64,000 nucleotides of DNA from Alphaproteobacteria bacterium (lineage in GTDB: Bacteria > Pseudomonadota > Alphaproteobacteria > MPNO01 > UBA830): positions 3,168,001-3,232,000 of the forward strand of contig OZ251539.1 in assembly GCA_965243135.1 (NCBI GenBank). Reading direction: 5' to 3'. The translations under genes and the position numbers were made by a program. Below, piece by piece: positions 30,038-40,368 of the stretch. Position 1 is the stretch's first letter. Each line of letters opens with the position of its first letter. A model generated the notes under the pieces. It was not told the DNA's origin. It ran no database searches and saw only the letters and a program-made list of their open reading frames with translations.

Positions 30038-31330
30038 GTGCCTGCCGCGCTCTTCACCGAGGAAGAAAACGAACTCCTGGCGCGGACCGGTCCCGGCGCG
30101 CCCATGGGCCGCCTTCTGAGGCGTTTCTGGCTGCCCGCGCTGCGATCGGACGAGATCCCCGAACCCGACGGACCGCCCGTCCGCCTGAAACTCCTGGGCG
30201 AGGATCTGATCGTCTTTCGCGACACGCTCGGACGCGTCGGCATCCTCGACCAGTTCTGCCGCCATCGCCGGGCGTCGCTCTTCTTCGCCCGCAACGAGGA
30301 ATGCGGGCTGCGCTGCAGCTATCACGGCTGGAAATTCGACGTCGAAGGACGGATCGTCGACATCCCGTCCGAACCCGATCACGCGTCCTGGAAGAGCAAG
30401 CCCCGCATCAAGGCTTACCCTGCGGCCGAGGCGGGCGGCATCGTGTGGGCCTATATGGGGCCGCCCGACAAGAAGCCTTCGCCGCCGGAGTACGAATACT
30501 GCCTTCATGGCGAGGCGCATCGTTTCGCGACGCGGCGATGGGAGGACTGCAACTGGCTGCAGGGGCTCGAAGGCGGAATCGATCCCGTTCACGTGCCGTT
30601 CCTGCACAAGTGGGAGCTGAGTTCCGACCCGCTGCACAGGAACACCGCCGGAGCGGATTTCACCGCGACGACCGACATCCATTACGACAGCGTAAACCAG
30701 CCGTATGGGGTCAACGTAATCGCGCGCCGGCCGGCCGGCGCAGAGACGTATTACTGGCGCATCGGCCAGTGGATCATGCCGTGCTTCACCATTGCGCCTC
30801 CCTACGGCGATTTCGCCATGGGTTCGAACGCCTGGGTTCCGCGCGACGACGAGAGTTTCTGGCGCTGGATCATCTCGTGCCATCCGACGCGTCCGCTGTC
30901 GAACGCCGAACGCGCCGCGATGTCGGAAGGCAAGGGCACCCACGTGAAGACGGATCCCGATACGTTGCGTCCGCTGGCCAACAGGGACAACGACTATTTC
31001 ATCGATCGCGTGGGCCAGAAAGCCGGCAAGACCTACAACGGCGTATACACGGTCGGGCTTCAGGACAAGGCGATGCAGGAAAGCCAGGGCGCGATCCACC
31101 GCCGCCATGACGAGTATCTCGTCAACAGCGACAAGTCGATCATCATGGTCCGGCGCCGCCTGCTCGACGCCGTCGACATGAACGAAAAGGGGTTCGATCC
31201 GCCGGGGCTTCGATCCGAGGACCAGCGAATTCGTGCGGCCTCGCTCGTCGCCGACCGGTCGTTGAGCTTCGAACAGGCCAGCCGCGACGCTCTGCGCACG
31301 CGCGAAGGCGTGCCGGTGACCTCCGTCTGA
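30038..31330 (+). CDS. Rieske non-heme iron oxygenase alpha subunit (phthalate 4,5-dioxygenase / VanA-like group)
   Basis: Rieske C-x-H...C-x-x-H (CRHRRA...CSYHGW); mononuclear iron site DPVHVPFLH...QD. Confidence 0.92.
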   Translation: MPAALFTEEENELLARTGPGAPMGRLLRRFWLPALRSDEIPEPDGPPVRLKLLGEDLIVFRDTLGRVGILDQFCRHRRASLFFARNEECGLRCSYHGWKFDVEGRIVDIPSEPDHASWKSKPRIKAYPAAEAGGIVWAYMGPPDKKPSPPEYEYCLHGEAHRFATRRWEDCNWLQGLEGGIDPVHVPFLHKWELSSDPLHRNTAGADFTATTDIHYDSVNQPYGVNVIARRPAGAETYYWRIGQWIMPCFTIAPPYGDFAMGSNAWVPRDDESFWRWIISCHPTRPLSNAERAAMSEGKGTHVKTDPDTLRPLANRDNDYFIDRVGQKAGKTYNGVYTVGLQDKAMQESQGAIHRRHDEYLVNSDKSIIMVRRRLLDAVDMNEKGFDPPGLRSEDQRIRAASLVADRSLSFEQASRDALRTREGVPVTSV

Positions 31331-31688
31331 TCGGGCGCGCAAGCCGCCCGCTTCCCGCCGATGCCCTCCGCGGCGGAGGAAGGATTCTCGAAGATCCCGT
31401 CGGCGGGAAAGCATGGCGGCAGGCGTCGCTTTCGCGGCCGAACGGCGGCGCTTCGCCGCGCCGGCAGACCGGAAGGAAGCGCGGTCCCGGGGGCGCGGAG
31501 TCTCATTGTCGAGGCGCTCGAAGAGCTTGCCGCAATCGGCCGTTTCGACAGGAACGCCCTCGACCGTTCGTCGCCGGCTTGCGGCCGTTCGCCGGAACCG
31601 TGACGAGGCGCGAACCGCCGGAGGCAAGGAGGCGTCCGGGACCGTGCCCGCTCTTTTCGTGAATTTTTGATTTCTCCATAAAAGGTTC

Positions 31689-31807
31689 TTTTTGGCCTCT
31701 TATGGCGTCTTTCCGACACAATAGGCCAAAAATAGCCTCTTGACATTCCTTCCAATAACGGCCATAGTTGGCTGCATATCGTGGAATTTCACCCTTAAGA
31801 GGCCTAA
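31689..31807 (+). promoter_or_regulatory. Sigma70-type promoter with repeated operator-like motifs upstream of the XRE-hipA module
   Basis: TTGACA (31740-31745), 17-nt spacer, CATAGT (31763-31768). 10-bp inverted repeat TTTTTGGCCT/AGGCCAAAAA (31689-31698, 31723-31732) and a third related copy TAAGAGGCCTAA near 31796. Confidence 0.6.
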
Positions 31808-31808
31808 T

Positions 31809-32162
31809 ATGGCTGATAACGACTATAGAACGGCAACTTCGATCGGAGCGGAGCTTGGCAGGCGCTTGGCCAAGACCCGCCTCGCCCGAAACGTCACGCA
31901 GAAAGCTCTCGCCAGAGACGCAGGAATCGGGTTGCGCACGCTTCGCCGACTTGAGACGGGGCAATCGTCCACTCTCGACAGTTTCTTGCGCATCGTCGTC
32001 GCCCTCGATCTGGTCGACGACCTCCTGTTAGCCGTTCCGTCGCACGACATTCGTCCGATCGAACGCGTGGACTCCCGCCGATCCGAACGGAAGCGCGCCC
32101 GGCCTTCCAAGACCGGAAGGCCCGACGCGCCATGGTCATGGGGAGACGAGTCGGGTGACTGA
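31809..32162 (+). CDS. XRE-family HTH regulator / HipB-like antitoxin
   Basis: RLARNVTQKALARDAGIGLRTLRRLETG, C-terminal RKRAR...WSWGD; overlaps hipA. Confidence 0.88.
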   Translation: MADNDYRTATSIGAELGRRLAKTRLARNVTQKALARDAGIGLRTLRRLETGQSSTLDSFLRIVVALDLVDDLLLAVPSHDIRPIERVDSRRSERKRARPSKTGRPDAPWSWGDESGD

Positions 32163-33436
32163 CGCGAGCGTAAACCTCTGGGGGCGGCGGCGCCGTTTCG
32201 TGGGACCAGGCGCGCGCCGTCGCGGTCTTTCAATACGACGCGAACTTTCTCTCTTCCGGCGTCGAGGTTTCTCCGATGCCCGTCCGGGAGGCGCCATACG
32301 CGTTTCCGGCGCTTCGGCGGGAAACGTTCATGGGATTGCCGGGTCTCCTTTCGGACGCGTTGCCCGACAGATTCGGCAACAGGCTGATCGACGTCTGGTT
32401 GGCGGAGACCGGAAGGCGGCTTGAGGATTTCAGTCCCGTGGACCGGCTTTGCTACATCGGAAGGCGCGCCGTCGGCGCGCTGGAGTTCGAGCCCGTCATC
32501 CGGAATCCGAGTGGACGAAGCGAGATCGCCGAACTCGCGGACCTTGCCGACAGGCTTCTCAAGGAGCGGTCTCAGCTCGCCGGCAGAATCGGAAGCAAGA
32601 ACGACCGCGCTGCGCTCGGCGACGTTCTCAACGTGGGAACGTCCGCAGGCGGCGCGCGGGCCAAGGCGGTCCTGGCCTGGAATCCGAAAACCGGGGAATT
32701 TCGGTCGGGTCAGGCCGACCCGAAAGAAGGCTTTGAACATTGGATGCTCAAATTCGACGGCGTTTCCGGCGATAACGACCAAGAGCTGGCCGACTCCCAA
32801 GGCTACGGGCGCATCGAATATGCGTATCCTCTCATGGCTCGCGAAGCCGGAATCGAAATGTCGGACTGCCGACTCCATCGCGAAGGCGGACGAAGTCATT
32901 TCATGACCCGGAGATTCGATCGCGACGGGAAGGGACGCAAGATCCACATGCAGTCCCTCGGAGCGTTGCGGCATTTCGACTTCCGCGAGCCGGGCGCTTA
33001 CGCCTACGAGCAAGCGATCCAAACGATCGTCGAAATGAAACTCGGGATGGCCGTCGTCGAAGAGCAGTATCGCCGGGCGATCTTCAACGTCGTCGCCCGA
33101 AACCAGGACGATCACGTCAAGAACGTCTCTTTCCTGATGAATCGAAACGGAGACTGGCGGCTGTCGCCCGCCTACGACGTGGCGTACGCCTACAATCCTT
33201 CCGGCCTCTGGACCCGCGACCACCAGATGAGCATGGCCGGCAAGCGCAACGATTTCGAACGAGAGGATCTTTTGAAATTCGCGGCGTCCTGCGGTCTGAA
33301 AAAGTCGGTTGCCAATCGCATAATCGGCGAGGTCGTTTCCGCGGTCGGCAATTGGCGGAAGGCGGCTGACGAAGCGGACGTCGAGATAAGAGACGTTCAG
33401 CGTATCGAAAAGACGCATCGCACGAAACTGACATAG
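32155..33436 (+). pseudogene. hipA: HipA-family kinase toxin, frameshifted near codon 11-12
   Basis: MTDASVNLWGR in one frame continues as GAVSWD...FQYD...LPGLLSDALPDRFGN...GTSAGGARAKA...WMLKFDG...NQDDHVKN...LSPAYD in the +1 frame. Confidence 0.85.
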
Positions 33437-33768
33437 TCGTCGACAGCGGGGCGATCCCGCGCCAATGCTTCCCCCTGCGCGACTTTAAGCGGTCGGCAGT
33501 CTCTGTCGCGGAGTTCCCTCGAACCACAGGCGTGCTGGAACTCCCGGACTGCGCGGCATGCCGTCGAAGTCGAACCCGGTTGTCGATGCCGGTTTCTCCG
33601 CAAGAAAAACGTGCAGCTGGGCCGAACCGCCGACCAAGGCGAACCCGCTGCAGCGAAGCTCCTAGCCGCGAAACAGTTCGCGGACGGCCCGGACAACCTC
33701 CATCAGAATGCCGGCCGGCTTCGACAGGTTGCCCAGTTTCACGAGGGAGCGCGAAGGGACATGGCGGT

Positions 33769-33975
33769 TCACGCGAACGTCGGGCGCTCACCCTTCGGTT
33801 CGGGAATCGAGTCGCCGAACTCCTTCGCCGTATCGATCCATAGCTGCATCGCGTCGTTGACGTTCTTGAGGGCTGCCTCCTGGCTATCGCCATGCGCCAT
33901 GCAACCAGGCAGTTCGGGGACTTCGGCGATGAAAGCGCGGTCTTCGTCGCTCCAGATGATCTCGAATTTGTACAT
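33769..33975 (-). CDS. hicB: HicB-family antitoxin
   Basis: MYKFEIIWSDEDRAFIAEVPELPGCMAHGDSQEAAL...WIDTAKEFGDSIPEPKG. Confidence 0.9.
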   Translation of the reverse strand: MYKFEIIWSDEDRAFIAEVPELPGCMAHGDSQEAALKNVNDAMQLWIDTAKEFGDSIPEPKGERPTFA

Positions 33976-34145
33976 CAGTCTCCCTCTCCCAACTCGTACT
34001 TCGAAATCGCGCGGCGAACCTGCTTCACCTGGCAGGGTTTCGCGTAGCCGTCGTCGCGTTGCAGGTTGATCTTCTCGGCAACACCCTGTTTCCTGCAAAT
34101 GCGATGGCTGCCGCGCATCATCCTCGCCCGCAGTCGGCCGATCAT
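33975..34145 (-). pseudogene. hicA: Truncated or degenerate HicA-family mRNA interferase
   Basis: Manual translation MIGRLRARMMRGSHRICRKQGVAEKINLQRDDGYAKPCQVKQVRRAISKYELGEGD*. GSH motif and INLQ...AKPxQVKQV present; N-terminal helix missing; TGATG overlap with hicB. Confidence 0.7.
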
Positions 34146-34307
34146 CCGCAACCGCCTGGATTTTTCAGCGGATTGCTACGGGTCGGCGAGCGCAACGTCG
34201 GCCAGCGTCGGTCCGCCTCGCGCCCGGAGAAATTCGGGACGCGCGCGCCCTTTCCCCGGCGCCGCGATCCACCGTCGTTGTCGCGAACCGCGACTCCGGG
34301 CGGAAAA

Positions 34308-34384
34308 TGGTGGGCCCGGAGGGACTCGAACCCCCGACAACACCGTTATGAGCGGCGCGTTCTGACCAACTGAACTACGGGCCC
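34308..34384 (-). tRNA. ileX: tRNA with CAU anticodon, most likely tRNA-Ile2 (lysidine-modified)
   Basis: 77-nt cloverleaf: GGGCCCG/CGGGCCC acceptor stem, CTCATAA loop, TTCGAGT T-loop, encoded CCA. Acceptor stem is of the Ile2 type rather than initiator or elongator Met. Confidence 0.9.
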
Positions 34385-34441
34385 CGCCAACCTGAGCCCG
34401 CATCCTGACAAGTTCGGGGCGGTTTCGCAAGCCGCCGGTCT

Positions 34442-35893
34442 TCAGTCGTAAAGATGCGGCCACTTGCGGCGTATGGAAGCCTTGAGATCGGGGCTCGCCT
34501 CGGCGACGCGCGGAAATTCGTCCTTCCAGCCATAGGGACGGCATGCGTCGACGACTGCGCGATTGTTCTGCCAGGGCGGCTCGCGCAGCAGCGGGTCGAG
34601 CGGCGTCGACCAGGACCGCTTGATGTACTGAATGTCCTCCGGCGGGTCGCAGCGCGTCGACATCGCCCACGTCACGTCGAAAAGGTTGGATGGATCGATA
34701 TCCTCGTCAACCACCACGACCCAGCGGCCGGCGTAGTTGCCCGCATGGCAGGTCGCAGCCAGCATCCCGGCCTGGGAGGCGTGTCCCGGATAAAGCTGCT
34801 CGATGGAAATCACGTTGAACAACCGCCCGGCGCCGGACTCGTGGCACCAGACGCCCTTGACGCCGGGCAAGCCTGCCTTTTCCACCTCGTCCCAAATCAT
34901 CGCCGACTTCACCGTCGCGCGGGCGAAGGTGAAGTTTTCGGGGGGCCGCGACGGAATGGCGAGGGTGAGGATCGGCGCGTTCCGCCAATAGACCCGCCTT
35001 ATTCGGACGATCGGTAGTTCGGAGGCATTGGACGCATAATATCCCATGAATTCGCCGAACGGCCCCTCCTCCCGCAATTCGCCCGGAATCATTTCCCCTT
35101 CGAGAACGACCTCCGCATAGGCGGGAATCGGCAATCCATGCAGTTCGCTCGGAACGATCTCGATGGGCCTGCCGCGCTGACCGCCGGCATAGGCGAATTC
35201 GTCGAGCCCGTAATCGACTTCCTGATGCGCCACAAGGAAAAGGTTGGGATCCTGGCCGCAGGAGATCAGGACCGGGCATGGCTGGTTCTTCGCGAAGTAC
35301 TTGTCGCTGATCAGCCGGCCATGCTTGCCGGGCGACATCCAGATCGCGACGGTATTCTTGTCGTGCACCATGACGCGGTAGGTGCCCACGTTGATCCAGC
35401 CGGAGTCGGGGTCGCGCATGATCACGAGGTCGTCGGTGCCGATATATCGGCCGCCGTCATGCTCGTGCACGAAAGGCGCAGGAAACCTGGACAGATCGAC
35501 CTCGTCGTCCCGATCGACGTTCTCGAGCACCGGTCCGGTCGGAACCTCCACCGGGGGCATCGGCCGAAATTCCTCCCTGGCGCGCGTCCGGTAGGCCCGC
35601 ACGAGATCCATTTCCGTTTCGGGCTCGGGAAGACCCAACACCAGCGCCAGCCTCCGGTAGGCATTGGCCGCGCCGGACAGAATCCGGAATCCCTTCGGAT
35701 AGCCCGGAATTCCGTCGAACAGCAACGCCTTGGATCGGCCCGGATTCGCGGCGGCGATCGTCTCCGACAGCGCGCCGATTTCGAGGTTCCAGTCCGCGCC
35801 CTCGACGCGTTCGAGTTCGCCCATCTCCGCGAAACGCTCAATGAGCTCGCGCAGGTCCAGATAACCTTCGTTGCGGCCTTGCAGCCCGGTCAT
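34442..35893 (-). CDS. UbiD-family decarboxylase (second paralogue)
   Basis: DLRELI, HEHDGGRYIGT, NVGTYR, EGPFGEFMGYY, VVVDEDIDP, AVVDACRP. Start ATG 35893 follows GGGAGA. Confidence 0.93.
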   Translation of the reverse strand: MTGLQGRNEGYLDLRELIERFAEMGELERVEGADWNLEIGALSETIAAANPGRSKALLFDGIPGYPKGFRILSGAANAYRRLALVLGLPEPETEMDLVRAYRTRAREEFRPMPPVEVPTGPVLENVDRDDEVDLSRFPAPFVHEHDGGRYIGTDDLVIMRDPDSGWINVGTYRVMVHDKNTVAIWMSPGKHGRLISDKYFAKNQPCPVLISCGQDPNLFLVAHQEVDYGLDEFAYAGGQRGRPIEIVPSELHGLPIPAYAEVVLEGEMIPGELREEGPFGEFMGYYASNASELPIVRIRRVYWRNAPILTLAIPSRPPENFTFARATVKSAMIWDEVEKAGLPGVKGVWCHESGAGRLFNVISIEQLYPGHASQAGMLAATCHAGNYAGRWVVVVDEDIDPSNLFDVTWAMSTRCDPPEDIQYIKRSWSTPLDPLLREPPWQNNRAVVDACRPYGWKDEFPRVAEASPDLKASIRRKWPHLYD

Positions 35894-36311
35894 CGCATCG
35901 TCTCCCAGCGCCGCTTCAAACGGCGTTTCTTCCGCGCACGTGCATAAGTGCCGGACAGTAGCAAGGACAGCCAACGTTCACGCCGCAAGAGTGAACGGAG
36001 TTCGGTTTCTCGTCAAGACGATTGCAGCGACTCGTATTCTGCAGTTCCTTGCTCCGCTCGCCCTGTTGGCGGCCTGCGGTCAACCGGATCTCGAAACCGC
36101 CGGCGGCGGCGAAGTCCGGCCGCGCGAACGTGAAACGGCTCGAGGCGCCGTCGGACCGCTATTCGTCGATTCGCGTCGCGGACCCGTTCGTATGCCGGAC
36201 TGACGGCGCTTCCAGAAAACCTGCGGCGCTGCGACCTGCTGACGACGGAGCCGGTGACGCTGCCGCTGCGCGGCGACGAGACGGACAAAGCATTATTTTG
36301 GAAATTCTTTG

Positions 36312-37361
36312 CTAGCCGACGCGGGTCCTGCAGGCTTTCTCGTGCTGACGAACGTGGTCGCCAACGGTGCTCGCCAGTTTTACCGGAACCGCATTGCCGA
36401 TCTGACGCGCCATGGCTCCCATGCTTCCGGAAAATTCGAACGCATCGCTGAATGTTTGCAACCTCGCCGCCTCCCTTACGCTCAGCGCCCTGTTTTGCGT
36501 CGGATGCCCGTAGCGCCCGTTCGAAAGGCTGATGCACCGGGTGGTCAGGGCGGCGGCGGGCCGATCCTTGTGGAGTCTGCCATACACGTCAGTGTGACCC
36601 GCGTAGTTCCTGTGGCAGTCGAGTTTCAGGCGTTCGGGCCAGCTCTCCCGGCCGCTGCCGGGAGGCGTCGCCCTGATGCGCTCCAGATTGATCTGCGACA
36701 GCTTCGCCGCCCGGTGGTTCGTCACCTTCCCGCTGGACTCGCCGGCTTCGAGCGAAGGGAGGTTCCCGATCCATTTCCACACGGTCTCGAATTCGGGATG
36801 GTCGGTACCCGGTCCGTAAGTCTTCTTCGGCACCCCTATCGGGCCGAGCAGGCTCGCCAGCAGCACGAACCGCCGCCGGTACTGAGGCACGCCGTAATCC
36901 TGCGCCCGAAGTATTTTCGAGTCGCGTTTGTATCCCAGCTCGTCGAGCAGGTCGACGAAACGCCCCAAGGGCCCCTTTCTGGAATCGACTTTCTGGAGGC
37001 CGGCGACGTTCTCGACGAAAATGTAGCCGGGCCGGATAGCCTCGACGAAACGGTGGATTTCATCGAGCAGGGTCACGCGCTCGTCTTCGCGGTCCCGGCT
37101 CGTCCGTTGCCGAGTGAACGGCTGGCAGGGAGCGCAAGCCGAAAACAGCAAAGGTCCGTCCGCCGGGATCACGGGAAACAAATCCTCGGGATGAAGGGAT
37201 CGGACGTCCTTCAGGAAAAAATGCGCTTCCGGGAAATTCCCGGTAAACGTGCGTTCGGCGTCGGGGTCGTTGTCGATTCCCGCGAGAATCTTCATGCCCG
37301 CATCCCTCAGCCCGGCGCTCGTACCTCCGCACCCGCAGAAAAAGTCGATTACCCCGATCAC
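36312..37361 (-). CDS. DNA (cytosine-5)-methyltransferase
   Basis: DFFCGCGG (I), APCQPF (IV), ENV (VI), YGVPQYRRR (VIII), REAARLQTF (IX), QIGNAVP (X). Confidence 0.95.
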   Translation of the reverse strand: MIGVIDFFCGCGGTSAGLRDAGMKILAGIDNDPDAERTFTGNFPEAHFFLKDVRSLHPEDLFPVIPADGPLLFSACAPCQPFTRQRTSRDREDERVTLLDEIHRFVEAIRPGYIFVENVAGLQKVDSRKGPLGRFVDLLDELGYKRDSKILRAQDYGVPQYRRRFVLLASLLGPIGVPKKTYGPGTDHPEFETVWKWIGNLPSLEAGESSGKVTNHRAAKLSQINLERIRATPPGSGRESWPERLKLDCHRNYAGHTDVYGRLHKDRPAAALTTRCISLSNGRYGHPTQNRALSVREAARLQTFSDAFEFSGSMGAMARQIGNAVPVKLASTVGDHVRQHEKACRTRVG

Positions 37362-38229
37362 GGACGCCTCGCAGTCTGGAATCCTTCGTCCTCATATTAC
37401 CATGCATTTGCCCAATTTGTAGAATCAGGGTACTCTTCAAGAAGTGGTTTTGGAGCGGACGCGACGCATAGTGCGCTGACATCCTGCAGGCGGACAGGTG
37501 CGACTTGCGCTGGCCGGAATCGCGCCTCTGCGGTCCGGTACGAAGGGAGTGGAAGCGGGCGCTTCGCGGTTGGCGGCCTGTGACGAAGCTGCTTCCATGC
37601 TTCGGTGTAGCCAGAATGCGCCGACTTGGTGAGAACCGGGGCTTCTTTCAGGAACGGCATGCGGCGTTGGCCAAGGTCGTCCGGCGGAAACGAAAACCTG
37701 TCAGGTCAAGCGAACGAAGGGAAATTGTCATGTCCAATCAACCTCGTCGGGTACGCGGGGCAACGATCTGGGTCGGGTTGGAGGAAGGCTGAGGCTGTCG
37801 TTTCAAATTCATCCCCTTCTCCCTGAAAGCAGGAACCGCCTCAGGTGAGAAAGGTTTGAAATTTCGCACGCATCAAGGACCTTTTTCCGATGCACGAACT
37901 CTTGCAGCTACCGTCTCCATCACCCGCAAGAAGACGCCGAAACCTCCGGCAGGAGGAACTCCCTGCCGGTCGCTTCCTGGACAGCCGTAGGTCGTTTGCA
38001 ACCATTGCTACCGCAGACCGTCGGCCCATGCTGCTATGCGAACGTTCCCCCGATAGTTAGGCCAGTCAAGGCTGCAACGGATTGCGACGGGCAGGCTGGA
38101 CGTCGTGTCGACCGTCTCTTCGTATGCAGACTCGGGATGCGAGAGAAGCGTCGCGAGCCGAATGAATCTCGCGGCGCGACCGTCCACGTACGGAGCCGGC
38201 GTGTACAATCTCGATAGGAGGGAGAAGGA

Positions 38230-40368
38230 ATGAGCGAGCCTGCCCGGATCCCGTTCCGCATGCATCCGCGAGTGTTCGACGCTCTGGGCGCCGATCTCGT
38301 CACAAGCGATGTCGTTGCCGTGATCGAACTGGTCAAAAACGCGTATGACGCATTCGCCCGGAAAGTCGATGTAAAATTTCGGAAAAATCAAGATGGTCAC
38401 ACCCGGCTGGACATCGTCGACGACGGGCACGGAATGACGCGCGAGGAGATCGAAGACGTATGGTGCCTTGTGGCGACGCCCCACAAGGATCGGCATCCGG
38501 TAGCGAGAAGAGGCGCCGAAAGGCGCCGCGTTACCGGAGCGAAGGGCTTGGGGCGCCTGTCGGCCGCTCGGCTGGGAGGCCGCCTCAGCATGTTGACCAA
38601 GGCGCGCGGCGAACCCTGCTGGCGGGTTCGCGTCGACTGGTCCCGCGTGTCCGACGGCGCCGACATTGCGGAGAGTTATGTCGTTTGCGAGCGTGCTGAC
38701 GAAGCTTGGCCCAGCAACTCCGGCTCGGGAACCTGGCTCCGCATACGCGATCTTCGCGAAACCTGGGACGAGGCGCGTATTTCCGATCTTGAGCAAAATC
38801 TCGCCCGCCTGATCTCTCCTTTCGCCGAGCGACGCGATTTCCGGATTTTCCTATCCGTCTTTGGCGAATCCAAAGGGGGATCCAAACCGGTCGAGGTGCG
38901 CGCCCCGACTTTCCTCGCGCATCCGAAATACAGATTCCGTGGACAGGTCGACAACAGCGGAAACGTCAGCAGCGAGTACGAATTCAGACCGGTCGCGGCG
39001 GGCGAACCCAGAACCAGGAAACTGGGTCTGACATGGCGGCAGGTGCTGGACGCGGCGCAGGAGCGCATCCCGGAGGGAGACGCTGCCTGCGGTCCGTTCT
39101 CTTTCGAGATAAGGGCATGGGATATCGGCGGACAGGATACGGCCGAAATCGCCGACCGGTTCCGGGTCAATCGGTCCGATGTGCGAAAGGCGATCCGCGT
39201 CCACAAGGGAATATCGGTCTATCGGGACGAAGTGCTGGTCTTGCCCAAGTCAGACAACGCCCGCGACTGGCTCGGACTGGACCTGCGCCGGGTAAGCAGA
39301 GTGGGACAGCGCCTCAGCACGAATCAACTCGTCGGCTACGTTTCCATCACCGCCGACAGCAATCCGGGAATCGGGGATACCAGCGATCGCGAGCGGCTGG
39401 TGTCGACCGCCGAGGCCAGCCAGTTTCAGGAGATATTGAAAGCCGTCGTTGGCCAGATGGAGAACGAGCGGGCCGTCGATCGGTCGGAACCCGATCGGGA
39501 GCGACCGATGAAGAATCTTTTCGAGGGCCTTTCCGCGGACGAACTGCTCGACGAAATCAAGTCGCTTTCGGACGACGGCCTGCCTGCCTCCGAAGCCGTT
39601 CCATGCGTCAGAAATTTCAGGCGCACCCTCAAGACGACCCGGCATTCGATCGAGGAGCGTTTCGCTCATTACAGCCGCCTCTCGACCGTCGGCACGATCG
39701 CCCATATGCTGGTTCACGAAATAAGGGCCCGCACCACGGCCTTCGGAGGCTTTCTCGAATTTGTCAGGGAACGATCCGCGCCCTGCAACGACCCGGAACT
39801 GCAAGAACAGATGCGGCTGGCCGACCACGCCATCGAGGCGCTGGAATCGCTTGCGGACACCTTTCTGCCGCTAGCCAACCGGAATTTCCGGCGACGGAAG
39901 CGACAGTCCGTTCTCGAGGAGCGGATCAGTCATTGCCTCGCCCTTGCCAAGGGAGACATCAGGAAGAGGCGAGTGAAATGCAAGGTCCCGGAAACGGAGA
40001 CGATCGTGGCCGTGGATCCGGGCGAACTCGACGCGATCGTCCTCAATCTGGTCACCAATGCGGCGTACTGGATGGGCGATGTCGCGGGCGAACGCCGCAT
40101 CGATTTCGGGATCAGGCGCCGCCGCGGCGTTCCGCGGGTCGAAGTACGGGTTTCCGACACAGGCCCCGGCATCGAGCCGGAAGACGCCGACAGGGTTTTC
40201 TGGCCCGGAGTTACCGGCAAGCCCGACGGGATCGGAATGGGGCTGACGGTTGCCCGGCAATTGGTTCATTCGTACGACGGACGGATGACGGTCTCGTCGG
40301 CGCCGGGCGCCGGCACCGAGTTCACTTTCGACCTGCCGCTCCGCCGGAAAGGAAGCGCGAATGCTTAA
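38230..40368 (+). CDS. GHKL (MORC/HATPase_c_3-like) ATPase fused to a histidine kinase
   Basis: N-terminal ELVKNAYDA, DDGHGM, GAKGLGRLS, GTWL; C-terminal H-box LVHEI, N-box NLVTNAAYW, DTGPGI, GIGMGL. Confidence 0.9.
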   Translation: MSEPARIPFRMHPRVFDALGADLVTSDVVAVIELVKNAYDAFARKVDVKFRKNQDGHTRLDIVDDGHGMTREEIEDVWCLVATPHKDRHPVARRGAERRRVTGAKGLGRLSAARLGGRLSMLTKARGEPCWRVRVDWSRVSDGADIAESYVVCERADEAWPSNSGSGTWLRIRDLRETWDEARISDLEQNLARLISPFAERRDFRIFLSVFGESKGGSKPVEVRAPTFLAHPKYRFRGQVDNSGNVSSEYEFRPVAAGEPRTRKLGLTWRQVLDAAQERIPEGDAACGPFSFEIRAWDIGGQDTAEIADRFRVNRSDVRKAIRVHKGISVYRDEVLVLPKSDNARDWLGLDLRRVSRVGQRLSTNQLVGYVSITADSNPGIGDTSDRERLVSTAEASQFQEILKAVVGQMENERAVDRSEPDRERPMKNLFEGLSADELLDEIKSLSDDGLPASEAVPCVRNFRRTLKTTRHSIEERFAHYSRLSTVGTIAHMLVHEIRARTTAFGGFLEFVRERSAPCNDPELQEQMRLADHAIEALESLADTFLPLANRNFRRRKRQSVLEERISHCLALAKGDIRKRRVKCKVPETETIVAVDPGELDAIVLNLVTNAAYWMGDVAGERRIDFGIRRRRGVPRVEVRVSDTGPGIEPEDADRVFWPGVTGKPDGIGMGLTVARQLVHSYDGRMTVSSAPGAGTEFTFDLPLRRKGSANA

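Noticed and set aside
34308-34384. tRNA-Met or initiator assignment, and an att-site duplication
   Set aside because: No C1:A72 mismatch or three G-C anticodon-stem pairs of initiators, and the acceptor stem is Ile2-like. I saw no duplicated 3' end or integrase in the window.
36012-36203. Lipoprotein-like signal (LALLAACGQP)
   Set aside because: Short, with no clear start or RBS; at best a remnant at the island edge.
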